A stretch of 64,000 bases of DNA. Source: Neocallimastix sp. 'constans' (lineage: Eukaryota). Where the stretch lies: NCBI GenBank assembly GCA_050613775.1, contig JBODTK010000109.1, positions 310,001 to 374,000 of the forward strand, read 5' to 3'. A program made the translations under genes and the position numbers. The notes under the pieces were generated by a model. It searched no databases, had not been told where the DNA came from, and saw nothing but the letters and a program-made list of their open reading frames with translations. Each line of letters begins with the position of its first letter. Within the stretch, counting starts at the first letter, position 1. This document shows, piece by piece, positions 44,761-59,841 of this stretch.

Positions 44761-47700
44761 TGAAATTTGAATTAATAAATAATAATTTTATATAATTTTA
44801 TATTATGTTAAACGGTCATTAATTTTAAAATATATTGAATTAATATTAATTTTTTTTGTTATATTTATTTATTCATAGTTAACATGGTAATAATTAAATT
44901 TAATTGTTATTAACTCAAAACAATATTATTTACTATTTAAAAAATGTTAATATTAAAGTTTAATATGGGTTAAATTTAATATATTCACTTTATTATTTTT
45001 TTTTTTTTTAAATAATCTTGATTATACTATTTCTATGAAGAAAATTACATTAAGACTTTAAATTTCCAATATATAAATGAGAAATATATATTATTAAATT
45101 AATGAGAATTCTATATTTAATTAATAGTAACGGTTAATCCTTATTATAATACTTATTCTAATGCTATTTTTATTTTCCTCAAAAAGTATATAACACAACT
45201 TTATATATATATATAAAAGTGATGAATAATCCATTGTATTAAACGTTTTCCTCGTGAGCTTTAAAAAATACTCCTGGTGTTTATATATTAGTCTTCTGAT
45301 CAATTGTGACAGAAGTTAAGGAGGAATTCATATGTTTATAATTATTGTTTCTTGTTAATACCATATATAACATCTTTATATGGAAAGTCTTATATTTATT
45401 TTTGTTACATTTAATACCTTAGAATAGAAATTTCGTGTTAGTATGTTATAAATAAGACCGTATAGCCGTATAGTATTCATAATATAATATAATATAATAT
45501 AATATAATATAAATACAATACTATATTATATGATCTATTACTATTCATATTTTATTTAATTAATATGATTTGAATTTAATTTGAAACCAAGAATTTTCTT
45601 CTTTTTATTTTATTTTTTTTTTTGTTACTTTATTATATTTTATTTTATCCTCTATTTTCCACGTTAACTTTTTTTTGTAATATATTAATGTAATACAAAT
45701 GTAAATAATATTGTGTATTACATTTTTTTTTTTAAAAAAAAAGTTCTTTTATTATTAAAATATAATAAAAATTAAAATAAAAAAAAATTTAAAATTTTGT
45801 TTATATAAATAAAGAAATAAATAAATAAAAGTAGGAATATATCAGTATTGTTAATAATTATTAATTATCTAAATTAATATCTCCCAGTTTTTTCTTATAT
45901 TGAGAAGTATGAAAATATAAAATTTTTCTTTTTTTTTTTTTGCAAGTTTTTATTTCCTTTTTTATTATTATGTGTTATTTTATATTTGTTTTATTTTTTC
46001 TATGTTTGCTATCATCTTTTCATATATATATACTTACAAATATAATATATTATATATATTTCATAAAAATAAATTAGATTGAATTTAATTATTAATTTAT
46101 TAATACAACAGTTATTTAATTGGAAATAAATAATCTCAATTAAAAAAAAATTTATATAAATGATAAGACACAAAAACTACTTTTAATAAAGTTACTTTCA
46201 TTTTCACCTTTTAATTTACTGAATGGCGTTTTTATAAATTGTCATAGGAATTAAAAAAAATATTAATAATACAAAAATAGTTTAATTATATTATGTATGA
46301 TATTATATTTATATATATATTTAATTTCTTTTTTCTTTTTCTTTTTTTCTTTTTCTTTTTCTTTTTTTCTTTTTCTTTTTCTTTTTTTCTTTTTTCATTA
46401 ATATATTAATATTAAATATTTTTTTTTTATAGAAAATAGAATGATTTAAATAATATAAATAAAATGGAATTTTATATTTATATCATTATGCAATATAGTA
46501 TTTGTATTATTTATGATGATAAAATTTTTATTGTGTCGTATTAATGTTTTTTGTCTAATTGGAACTGAAGAAAGTAATGTGGTAATGCAATTAAATTTAT
46601 TATTTTTTCAAAGTTTGCTTGTGATTAAAAATGAATATATTCACCCTTTACACTTATTATAAATAGTTTTAGATAATTTAAAAATAAACTTAAAAATAAT
46701 AGTATTTTTTTCTTTTCTTTTTTTTTTTTTTTAAAAGTCTTCTTTAATATATTTATCTCTACATAATATATTTTATAATGTATTATAATATATTATATAG
46801 GAATTTAGTATTAATGATGAAAAAAAATTTTTTTTTCTTTTTTTTTTCTTTTCTTTTTGTTGGTATATTATGATTAGTATTTTTTTTTAGTATTATTGTC
46901 ATTTAATTAAATATAGAAAATTATATTATATTTATTATATTATAAATATATATTAAATATATTTATTGAAATTGGAACATTTCTTAATATTTACAACTTA
47001 AATAAAAATTTTGAAACTTCCTTAAAAAATAATTTTTAAAATACATAAATTTTTAATTAAAATTTAATATATTTCACTATATATTGAAATATATTATAAT
47101 AAATATATTAATTTAATTATTTTTATTTAATGAATATATATAAATTTATATATTTATTAAGGTTTAAAAAATTCAGAAAAATGTTTTAATTTTATTGGAT
47201 TACATTATTTTTTAGTATTTTAATTTTTTTTTAAATATACTATTTTGGTAAACAATCATTTTACTCAAATAGATAGAAAAAGAATAAACAAAAAAAAAAA
47301 AGAGAAAAATAATTAAAATACATATTTAAAAAATAATCATAAAATTTAAAATTATAAAAAAAAATTGGTTTTATATTATAGAAAATAAAATAACTTGACC
47401 ATAGGTGAGTATATAAGATAACCAATATAAATAAATACTAATAAATATGTATATACATATTTATTGAATATAGTAATATAAATAAACATATATATAAATT
47501 TTAAAAATAAATAATTAAATATTTAATAAATACATATTAATGTATATATATATTCAATAAATAATGATAGTATTATCTATGATTAATAATAATATTTTTC
47601 CAAAAAGTATAATGGAAATAAATAATGGGTAATTTCAAAAAATAAAAATTATTAAAACAATTTTTTATGTTTTTATAATTTTTAAATTAAAATAATTAAT

Positions 47701-50700
47701 TTTTATTATCATTAGAAATTAAGACTTTTTATAAATAATATATAAATATTTTTTATTATTTACTTATATGAGAATATTTAAATAATAATTATTTACGTAG
47801 TTTAAGAATTTTGATTAGCCTTAAAATCACTATATAAATAATGTAAAAGTATATTAATAAGATTACTAATAAACTTTATGGTAAATTTTAATTAATTCCT
47901 GTTTTGATAATATTTTTAATTTATTATTATATTTATAATTTCTTCCTTAATTGAATGATATATTATCTTTATATTATAATATTTGATGTAATATTTAAAA
48001 ATATATATTTTTATATAAATATTTTTTAAATTAAAAATGAAATTTAACTATTATTTAAGGTTCTGTAGTAATTTTATATTAATATTCTTTTCAATACAAT
48101 ATGACATAAAAGTAATATTCTATAGCTCATTTATTTAATTTTTTTTTATAGTAATAAAATTTTAATATGTTTATTAGTATTATTAATAAATATATTATAT
48201 ATAATATTTATTATTATTTTTAAATTAATAGGAGAAAAAATTAAAATAGATATAATATTTAAATATATTATTAATTCTATTATATTATTTCACTTACATT
48301 TTTTTTTTTTTTAAAAAAAATTAGAGTCATTTTAATATATAAATATATTAAACTTGTAATTTTTAATAAAAATTAATAAATAAAGTTAATAAAAGGTTAT
48401 ATTAAAATGTACTGGATTTTTAATACAAAATAGAATTGTATAATATTAATTTATTATTGATTTAATTTATATATAATTTTATGTAAAATTATTTATTTAA
48501 TACAATTATTTATATATATGTATATTTTTTTCAATTGAATTAAAGTTTTTATTTATACTATATAATATATTATTTCAAATTGGCTTATAAAAAAATTTAT
48601 ATTTTTAATTTATAACATATAAAGTTTTCATTTTTTTTTTGTTCATTTTTATAAATAATGAAATAATTCCTTTATTTTAAGATTTTTGAAATTTTTTTAG
48701 AATAATATTTTTTAAAATTTTTCATTTTAAAAGAAAACTAAAAAAAATTAATAATAATAATAATAAAAAAATAAAGAAAAAAAAAAGAAAGTAAAAAGTA
48801 TTTACAAAACACTTTTTTTTTTTTTTTTTAGATTTTTTTTTATATTATATATCTTCTTTATTTTTTTCAAAAAAACTTTTATTTATACTTTTTTATTTAT
48901 TTTTATTTTTAATATTGAACAAATATTTAAAAAGAAAAGATAGAAAAGAATAAAAGGAAAAAACAAAGAACATATATGATATAAGTTACATTAAAAATAC
49001 ATACTAAATATTTATTTATTATAATAAAAATTAGAGTAAAATAAAATCATTTAAAAAACGAAATTAAAAAAAAAAAAAAAAATTATTAAAAAAATAATTA
49101 AAAAACAATTAAACAATAAATTAAAAATAATTAAAATACAAACAAATTTTTAAAAAATATTAAAAAAAAATAAAGTAACAAAAATAAAAAAAAAAAAAAA
49201 AAACAACAAAAAAAAAACTAAGAAAATAGTAAATTAATTCTAGTATAATAAAAATACTATTTGGAATAAATTATTTAGTATTTATAAATTAAATTAATTT
49301 AGTAGTAGGGTAATTTTAAAATAGTATTTATTATAAAAATAGATTGTATGAATTAAAATTATATATTTGAAATATTAAAAGTAAAAATTTATATATAATT
49401 AATTTATGACTATTTATTAGATATATAATTAAATATATATAATAGTGCAATAATAAATATATAGTTAATTAATTAGGTAAAAAAAAATTAATTAGTAAAT
49501 TACTTTTTGGAAAATATAATTGTTAATTAGAAATATAGTTGATAATAACAAATTATTATTTATACGAAAAGTGTATAATTTATTAATTAGAATAATATTA
49601 TAGTATAAAATTTACTATTATTTGATTTTATAATAATTAAAAATTAAAAGGAAATATAACATCAATAAGAAATAGATAAAAAAAGTTGAAAAATATAAAA
49701 ATAGTAAAAGAAAAAAGAGTTTAATAAATAGTGTGTAAATATTTCTAATTACTATTAATTAAAGTTATTTAGTTTTAATATATAGAGTGAGAAATATATT
49801 AGTTACATTTTAAATAAATACAAATTAATAAATTCTCATATTTTTTAACATTAATTGTAATATTTCTTTTTTTTAAGATTAGTATTTAAAAAAATATTAT
49901 AAAATAGAACATTTGTAATATATATAAAATATTTTTTTAGGTATACACTTAAAAAAAAGATTATATAAAAGAATAAAAATTTTTTATCCTTTTTATATTT
50001 ATTTATTATAAAACGCAAATCAATATTATATTAATTTACAATAGAAAATTAATAATATAGTTTATTTTATAAACTATTTACTTAAAATATTTGAATATTA
50101 TTGAAAGTTTAAAAATTAATTTTTAAACCTGAAATAATTTTGTAAAAAGGAATTAATAGCAAAAGAAAATTTTCTTTTAATATAAGTTAAGCAACTAATA
50201 AAAAATTGTTTTTTTATTATAATTGAAAATAATATTATATATTATATTATTCTTTATTAAATAAAAAACAAAAATTAGTAGAGTATAGTAATAAACATAT
50301 TTGATATATTTTTATTAATTATATTCAAAATACCAAAATTATAGATTTTAAGTAATAAAATATTTTTTTATTTAAAGAAAAATAAATTATTTAATGATAT
50401 TGTTATTAAAATAATAAAAAATAATAATATTATTAAAAATTTCTTTTAAAAAATATATTAATATACCATAATCTTAAAATAGTACTTACTCTATTATAAA
50501 TTCTAATTGTTTTAATATTAAAATTATTAGATTAATTATGAAAAATAAACAGAAATAATATTAATAATATTAAAAGAAAATAAATAATAAATAATTTAAA
50601 TAATTACAAAAGATTAAACAAAATTAAATTAAAAATTCAAAAATTCTAAACGAAAACAAATATTAAAATAATTAATTTTGAACAATTTTTAATACATAAT

Positions 50701-50858
50701 TTTTTAATTTTTTATTAGAAATTTTTTATTTTAAGTATTTTTTTTCATTTTTATGTAAATTAATTTATACATATATTTAAAATATTTTTTTAATTATATA
50801 ATACAAAAACTTAAATTATTATAATTCATAAAAAAAGAAAAAAAATCAAAAAAAAAAT

Positions 50859-50912
<54 letters not shown>

Positions 50913-51218
50913 AAAAAAAATTATACATTTACAAATATGAAATAACAAGTATTAATTATATATATTAATCATTATTCAGTAATTTAAATATTTAAAAAAT
51001 TATATAATCAACTAATATAAAATAACAAATCATATATTAAATTATCAAGGGATAATATTAAAAACTTTTTGAAAAAATATAGATAACATTAATAATATTT
51101 TTATATTTAAAAATTTATTAATATTTGTAGTAAAAAATATAAAAAATAACGAAAATCAAAAATTGTAATTAATACGATCCCAAAAAAAAATATTAAAATA
51201 TCAAATAAAATTAACAAA

Positions 51219-52067
51219 ATGTCGAAAACTTATGTTAAAGTTAAGTCACAGAGTTTAAAACAAAACTCTAATGCTAATAACAGTAACAATAATGGTTTCA
51301 AGAAAGTGAAAAATAATAAATCTTATAATAAAAAGTATATCTCAAAGAAATATAATAATTTTAATTCAATGTCTGCTACGAAAATACAGAAGAAGAAGGA
51401 ACAAATAGAAATTCCTGTTTCAAAAAGAATTCATTTTAATGAAATTGTTGAAGTAGGATTTACTCATTCTGCTGAAGAATATGATAGAACTAGTATAGTT
51501 ACTTCAAAATTAACTTCCGAAGATATAGTTGAAATATTACAACTTCGTGAACAATTTAGATTAGAAACTTTAGAGGCAACTAATAAAAAGGCTATGGAAG
51601 AATCTCAACAATCTCAAATAATGGGTAATATTATGCCATCATCACCAAATATGAATTTTGCAATTTACGCTTCTACTGGTCAAGGAAATTCAAGTTTATT
51701 AACTGAAGTTCCTTCTGTTACAACATCTATTATTTCATCTCCAGTGCTTACTCCACGTGTTAGTGAAGATGAATTTATTTCTCAACAACAAAAAGAAATT
51801 GAATTTATGATTTATCAGAGACAACAAATGGAAAATAGTTACTTGGAAGTTTTACATTATCAACAAACACTTCAGCTTCTTAATCAGCAACAACAACAAA
51901 ATTTATGGAGATTATATACTCAACAGCATGCTAATTCTTATTATTCTAGTACTCTTGCAAATAATACCGTTTCTCCATCATTGTCTTTATGGTATGCTCA
52001 AAATTCTTCAATGATTCCATCTGATTATGATACCATTCCATTAATGACTCAAACCGAAGTAATGTAG
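51219..52067 (+). CDS. Putative PP1-targeting protein (Bni4/neurabin-like RVxF module), intronless, Q/S-rich C-terminus
   Basis: 282-aa ORF with KRIHF-NEIVEVGFTHSAEEYDR..LTSEDIVEI, matching the RVxF..(T)YS..(E/D)YDR pattern of Bni4 and neurabin/spinophilin. Confidence 0.78.
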   Translation: MSKTYVKVKSQSLKQNSNANNSNNNGFKKVKNNKSYNKKYISKKYNNFNSMSATKIQKKKEQIEIPVSKRIHFNEIVEVGFTHSAEEYDRTSIVTSKLTSEDIVEILQLREQFRLETLEATNKKAMEESQQSQIMGNIMPSSPNMNFAIYASTGQGNSSLLTEVPSVTTSIISSPVLTPRVSEDEFISQQQKEIEFMIYQRQQMENSYLEVLHYQQTLQLLNQQQQQNLWRLYTQQHANSYYSSTLANNTVSPSLSLWYAQNSSMIPSDYDTIPLMTQTEVM

Positions 52068-53261
52068 AGTGTAAAAAAACTCAATAATTATTAGTCACAT
52101 TTAAAAATGAGCTCATAAAAGATGTGATGAAAATATATGTATTTTCTAAAAATTAAAAATTTTAAGAAATATATTTAGATAAAGTAAGAGATAAAAAAAA
52201 TAAGAATTTTTATAAAAAAATTATGAGAAAAAAAAAAAAAGAAAAGAAAATTTATTAAAATAAAGAAATAAATTTTTTTTAAATGGTTAATTGAAAAATA
52301 GATTAAATAATCTAATGATTAAATTTAATTTCTTCATAATAACCAATATAAATATTTTAATATATTAATCCATATTAAATAATTATACCATTAATATCAT
52401 TTATAAATATTATATATATTCATATAAATATTAATACTAAAATTATATATACAATAATTTAAGAAAAAAAAAATCAAGTAATAATAATTAAAAAAAAGAC
52501 AACTAAACAACTAATTATAGGAAAAGTTACCTTTTTTTTAAATTATAAAAATTTATTAATTAATATAAAATAATTTATTTTTAACTAGTTCAATTGATCC
52601 AAGTAAAGAAGATAAATTGGAAAAAAACTAAATTATGGAAGAAAAGTAAAATATAATTAAAAGGATCTCATGAACAATATTATCTTCAATGATGCTTTTT
52701 AAATTTTATTTTCATATATATTAAATCGAATTTTAAGTAATCGAATTTAGTATAAAAAAAAAATGAGAAAAATTTTTATATAATTTTTCTTATTTTTTGA
52801 TATTTTTTTTTATAAAAAAATTAATTTTAATTAATTTTTTTATAAAGTAACAAAAATATATAAAAAAAAAAGGAATTTTTTTTTTTTTGTTTAATACAAT
52901 TTGTTTTTTGTTTTTTCCTAATAATTTTATTTTATATAATTTTATAAGAAATTTTCTTTGAAATTTATAAAGTGAAAATTATAAAATTAGAGAAAGAAAA
53001 TAAGGGAAAAAAAAGAGAAATGCTAAAACCCCCAAAATTAATAATAATTATATAAAAATAATAATAAATTAAAAATGAAATAAATAAAATAATAATAGCA
53101 ACCGATAATAATTAAAAAAAAAAAAAAAATAAATAAATAAATATAAAAAAAAAAATAAATATAAAAAATAAAAATAAAATATAAAAAAATAAACAATAAA
53201 CAATAAAAAATAAAATAAAATAAAATAAAATAAAATAAAATAAAGTAAAATAAAATAAAGT

Positions 53262-53293
<32 letters not shown>

Positions 53294-53903
53294 AATAATA
53301 ATAAAAAAAATAAAAAAAAAATAAAAAATAAAAAATAAAAAATAAAAAATAAAAAATAAAAATAAAAATAAAAATAAAAATAAAAAGAAATTTTGTATTT
53401 AATTGAATTATATATTTTTTTTATTATTATTATTTTTTTCATATTCTTAATTTTTATTTAAAATTTTTTATTTTTTCATTATTTTATTTTATTTTTTATT
53501 TTATATTTTATTTTTATATTAATTTTTTTTATTTTTATTATTTATTTTAATTATTTATTTTTATTTTTAATTTATATCATATATTATTATTTATTTATTT
53601 ATATTTATATTTATATTTTTATTATATATACATAAATATTTTTATCAGTTATAAATAGGATTAAAATTTAAATTCAAAATATAGAATTTATCATCATAAA
53701 AAATAAAGAATAATTATTATATTGTTATTATATTTATATCTTATTATTCCTTATTATTCTAATAATTAATAATAAAAACAATAATTTTAAATATTATTAT
53801 TAAACAATATCCCTGTAAAAAAAAAAAAAAAAATTATTAAACAATAACAATATTAAAAATATTAATTCAAAATCAGAAAAAATGAAATTAAAAAAAAAAA
53901 AAA

Positions 53904-53946
<43 letters not shown>

Positions 53947-54461
53947 TCAAATTATAACAATATATATATATATATGAGACTTAAAAATATATATATATAT
54001 ATATTGTATATATTTTCGATAAAAGTATTTATACGAATAATATTAATTTTATTTATATTTTTAACGCAACATCAAGTATTTTTAAATTTTTTTTGTTATA
54101 TATAAAAAAAATTATTATTAAATTAAATTTTAACTATCATAATTATATATAAAAAATATATATACATATATATTCTAATTTTTCTAATATCCAATTATTT
54201 GTATTATTTATATAACAATATATATAATAGAAATTGAAATATGTATAATTTTTATTTTTTATTTTTTTTATTTTTAATATTTTTTTATTATTTAATTTAA
54301 ATTATATTTTATAGATAATGAAAGCTTTTTTTTTTTTTTACTAATTTATTATCTTATTTTCTATTATTATTATTATTTAATTATATTAATTATATAATAA
54401 AAATAAATAATAAATAGTAAAAAGAAAATAAAGAAAAAATATAATGAAATAAATGAATCAA

Positions 54462-54496
<35 letters not shown>

Positions 54497-54944
54497 AAAT
54501 AGAAATAAAAACTGAAAGATAAACAAAACAAAACATTATATTTATTTTAATTGTTGTGTTTGAATTTGAGAAAAAATAAAAAAAAAATAAACTTCATTTA
54601 TTGATTTTTTATTTTTATTTTGAATATGATAAAAAATAATTTTTTATTAAGTATTTGTTAAATCTTTCTATCAAAGATAAAAATCTTAAAAACAATTTTT
54701 TTTTTTTTTTTTTCATTTTTTTTTTCATTTTTTTTTTTATTTTTATGTTTATATATATAAATTTTTCAGTGGAAGTTTGAGATAATAATAATAAAAAAAA
54801 AAAAATCTCTGTGATATGTTTCATAGTTCTTAGATATTTTGAAAGCCGCATGCTACGTAACACTGATGAAACCAAAAAAAAAAAAAAAATATTTTAAATA
54901 TTTTATAAAGTTTAATATTATTATTAAAAAAAAAAATTATTATA

Positions 54945-54989
<45 letters not shown>

Positions 54990-55099
54990 TAGATTTATTG
55001 ATTATTATATATTGGTGTATTTGATAAACTATAATCTTGGGGTATTAAAATTGATTTCATTTATAATTAATAATGTTATTTTAGTCATTTAAACTTATT

Positions 55100-57600
55100 A
55101 ATAAATAATATAAATTGCTTCATAATTGAATAAGATTCCATATTTCAATCAATTTCTCCTTGTAGGTTAATTTTATTTTAATTTTCACTCTTAGGCCATT
55201 ATATTCATTTCCAAGATAGATATTATTTTTAAATAATCAATACAGAGAATCAGTTAAGTAACATTTCTTTAATATTTTATATTTTAAGTTCTTTAATTTA
55301 TTTTTCCTACTTCCCCCTAAAATCCAAATTTCTTAAAGGATTTTATATATTTGAATTTTAATATTATAACTTTAAAGTACTATGCATACAATAAGTATAG
55401 TTTGTAGATAGTATAAAGGTTATCTATTTGCATATAACTCATGGTTATATGGTTATATTTATTATTTTATTATAACTTTCATCACGAAGGTTTGTATTGT
55501 GATACTATTGAATTAGTTATTATCTAAACCCATTTCACTCTAGGTTTAATAATACTATGATTGTTAGAATGTACCCATTTCACGCTAGGTTTAATAATAC
55601 TATGATTGTTAGAATGTACCCATTTCACCCTAGGAATTACCATTCTATTATATTTCCCTTGGATATTATGTTTTTAAATTATATTGTATGGAATTTCTGA
55701 CATATAGTCTCCTCCATTATTGTTATTTATGTTTATATATATATATAAGCGTTAAAATGACTATACTTTAAATAATAAGTTTTGTGGTTTAGCAAAAAAA
55801 CCTTTGTTTAATAAGTGATTGCTTAAATTTTTCTTAAGTAATATATATTATTAAATTTTATTTCGCATATTCGTAGGGTGGAAATAATATAAGTCAAAGT
55901 AGATTTCTTTATGTATAAATATGTACATTACTTAAAGCCTAGAGTTTAATTTGCAAAAATATCAAATTATAATTTTAATCATAGATGTTTGAAGATATTG
56001 TTCTAATATATGATTAACAGTGATTTTTTTCTTCATAATTATTATGTTAATGTAATTAAATAAATGGTAATTTAAGTTATTATCAGAAATTTCTTTATTG
56101 TTAGTATCTGGATCATCACGATCGGATTTATCATTTATTTCTGTGTCGATAGTCATAAATATAAGTATTATCTTCATTAGGGTCTGAATTATTAGAAATA
56201 CTGGCTTTATTGACTAATCCTATTTTATTTTTACATATATTAATGTAATATCTTAAATCTCATTAGTAATAATTGGATATTTGGTATTTCCGTGATTTTT
56301 ACCATCGTAGTAACGAATTTTGTGACGATTACTTTTGGATTTTTGTAACTGACGTGTGCCCATAAACATTTTTTTTTTTTTAAATAATAAATTGATCATA
56401 TTCTTAGAATTTAATTATTGCATTGTATAATTTTTGAAAAATTTTCTCCAAATTTTTAAATGTTCAGTACCACCACATGGTCGAAGATCCGAGACTTCAC
56501 TTTTAGTGTGTTGATTATTATTATTTGTTGAATTTACTGCTTTGTTTTCTTCTTGGTTTTGATACCCATTAGAAGTTGATTCTTCATAATTTATACGAAT
56601 AGGATCAAGACATTTAACTATGAGAGTTATAAGTTTGTTTTTAATTTATGGTGTTGATGTATTGTCTAAACTATTGTTTATTGCGATTTGATAATATGTT
56701 AGTTTATTTAAAGTAAAAAAATTTTGATTTTTTCTTATCAGAATCACAGTTACAGGCTTCCATATCAACTGTATTAAGGCTATTTGAAATATAATTTGTA
56801 TTTGTGTTAATAGAAGTATTTACTTTGTAATTTTTTATTAGTAACTCCGTATTTAGTGTCATTTAGGTGACAATAAAGCGTTTCAGCTTAACAATATCCT
56901 TTCATTGCATTGAATATATCATTGGCAACTTTTCCTCTATCGTGGCCTTGATAAATATCTTTAGGTTTTTCGTAATCATTACACATACGAAAACCTGCAT
57001 AATAGGGTATTTTGTATTTTTCCATTTTTCGACAATACTCTGATACTCATTATTATTATCTTTTAATTCTATTAACATAAAATTTATTACAATTTTTACG
57101 GTATTTTTCAACTAGTTGGTTCATCATTAATATAGAGTTCACGCTTAAGAGATACGTTTTTTAATTAATATATTCATCTATTAGTTCGTGTGTTCTCGAG
57201 CCAGTTCATTGAATCATACAAAGACCAAATTTGAGCGTATATGGACCATCTCTTTTAATAATTCCATCTTTCAAGGCATTGTGTAGATGGACCTGATTTA
57301 AATGTAGGTTGCGGATTAGTTTTGTTTTTCATTTTACTTAAAAAGTTTATTAGTATTATCCACATCAATATCTTTAATCATTTTTTTCTGGAAAATCTTC
57401 TGCATATTCAAAATTATCTTTCATACATTGGAGGTAACATGGTATTTCATCTGGCGAATAGACGTAGTTTGAACTTTCAAAATATCCTGGTGTACTTCAT
57501 CCTTTTGCTTTGGGTAATCTAAACTTATTTCTTGAAATCTAAATATAGCTTTAGCATTTCCTTAAGTGGTTCTTAAATTTTGGTTGGAGGTTACGAATAT
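55100..57600 (-). mobile_element. Highly decayed retroelement relic (gag-like, two degenerate zinc knuckles)
   Basis: Complex GC-richer stretch with broken minus frames; ..PCGGTEHL.. (~56470) and ..VYGHTS.. (~56360) look like CCHC knuckle remnants. Superfamily not determinable. Confidence 0.45.
55528..55635. repeat. 45-bp tandem repeat, ~2.4 copies
   Basis: acccatttcac.ctaggtttaataatactatgattgttagaatgt repeated. Confidence 0.9.
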
Positions 57601-57677
57601 TTCGAATTTCAAAATTTCGGGTTTTTAATATTTCGATTTTCAGATTTTCTAAAGTTTAGATTTTCACAAGGTTATTG

Positions 57678-58032
57678 GAATCTAGTGTGTTGTGTGCGTT
57701 TCGCAAATCGTGGCGTATTTTTGTATGTGGCTTATTATTTAATAATTACTAAATAATAATTAAATAAATATTAAATAAATAAAAAATTTTCTTTTTTTTA
57801 TATATTTAATAATTTATTAATATTCGATTATAAAAATAATTTTTTATAATTCTTTTTTAATAGAATATATTATTATTTCTTTTGAAATAGTTATTTAATA
57901 ATATTTAATTGAAAAAAATATATTATTATTTCTTTTAAAATAATAATTATTTATTTATGATTGTATATCTTAAAAATGTATGGTTTTATTTAAAAAAGTT
58001 TTATACGCTACATTGCGAAATACACGATCCCC
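57678..58032. mobile_element. Non-autonomous MULE-type MITE, family A copy 2
   Basis: Same ends (gaatctagtg.. / ..gaaatacacgatcccc) and a >100-bp near-identical interior to 34652-34957; flanks aggttattg / cagttattg (7 of 9 match). Confidence 0.85.
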
Positions 58033-58355
58033 CAGTTATTGATCGAGTATTCGACATTCCTCAATTCCAACAACTTTCTTCATGATATAATTTATGTCCG
58101 GCTTAGAATTCATCTTTCAGAGAATCCTCGTAAGAGTCATTGAGCGTATTAATCTATTATTGAGTATGAAGTTTTATTAATAAGGTTATTTATGAGTAAA
58201 TATAAATAGGTGATTAGCCAGTGTTCAACATAATGAAATTTACATATTTTATACTAAATGTGGCTTGTTCTAGATTACTATTAATTAATTACATTATATT
58301 ATGTTTATATTAATATCATTCTAGATTCATTTAATATGTAATTTCACATATTATA

Positions 58356-58809
<454 letters not shown>

Positions 58810-59025
58810 TGATTTGGTCAAATAATAATAGGATTACATTTTCATTTTGATCAACCTTTGTCAATTTTATTATTATAAAATGTAAAGAAAGCTTAATATA
58901 ATAACATGATTCAATAAATTTTTTATAAATATTATATTCAATTTACTTAATATATTTAGTTTAAAATAATTATTTTTTAAAAACAAAACAAAAAAAAAAA
59001 AAAACAATTTTTATATAATAAAATT

Positions 59026-59355
59026 CCAATAGGCTTTCCCTTGGCAGCATATTATACCCAACCCCTCCTATACTATGTTACATCTTAATCATAGGCACTG
59101 ATGATATTATGCCCTCACGCCAATGATTACACCCACTGGAGGGATGAATGGTTCCTATTTTCCTATTTCGATGCTCATGTATTCAATGGAGATATATGTA
59201 GAAATACTAGGGAATACAGCCCCAGGCGGATGTGTAACGACCTGTGAAGGGGCGACACTGTTCTAGTATGTCAGTATATCACACTTAATAGTTATATCTG
59301 TTATGGTTATAATGAGAGATGGGTACTCATTATGTGTTTCTAAATTATTTTTTTT
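59026..59355 (+). mobile_element. Diverged, head-less copy of the SINE-like element at 18918-19365
   Basis: Collinear shared blocks aggctttc, acccaaccc, cgccaatgattacaccca, aatggttcc, gatgctc, gagatatatgtag, tgtgtaacgac, gagatg.gtac.cat; ends in a T run. Confidence 0.85.
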
Positions 59356-59566
59356 ATATATATAATTAAATGAAATTTATAAATTAATAAAATAATTACC
59401 AATATCAATTTATATATATATTATATTTTATTTTTTTTTAATTAGTTTGTAAAGTTAAATAATTTTGGAATTTTTAAATATGAAACTTCTTACAAATTCC
59501 ATGTTATAACAAATAGTCTTAGTAAATAAAATTTATTATTATTATTATTATTATTATTAATATTAA

Positions 59567-59615
<49 letters not shown>

Positions 59616-59639
59616 TTTATATTTTTAATTTAGGAAATA

Positions 59640-59800
59640 TGACTCAATAGTTTGTATCTTAATACCTCTTTAAATACTGAACTGATAAAGAATTTATTTG
59701 ACTGATTCCATTTGAATTTCGTAACCGAGAAGAGAGCGTATGAATCTTTACATGATATGTCAGAGACGGACAATTTAAAAATAAAGATGCCTTACCGTGC

Positions 59801-59841
<41 letters not shown>

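Noticed and set aside
45120..45480. Slightly GC-richer patch, possible solo LTR
   Set aside because: No TG..CA ends, TSD or second copy identifiable.
47440..47465. Short AT palindromes (also near 52805-52846)
   Set aside because: Expected by chance in very AT-rich, low-complexity DNA.
55528..55635. CRISPR-like array
   Set aside because: Units are contiguous tandem copies without unique spacers; eukaryotic context and no cas genes.
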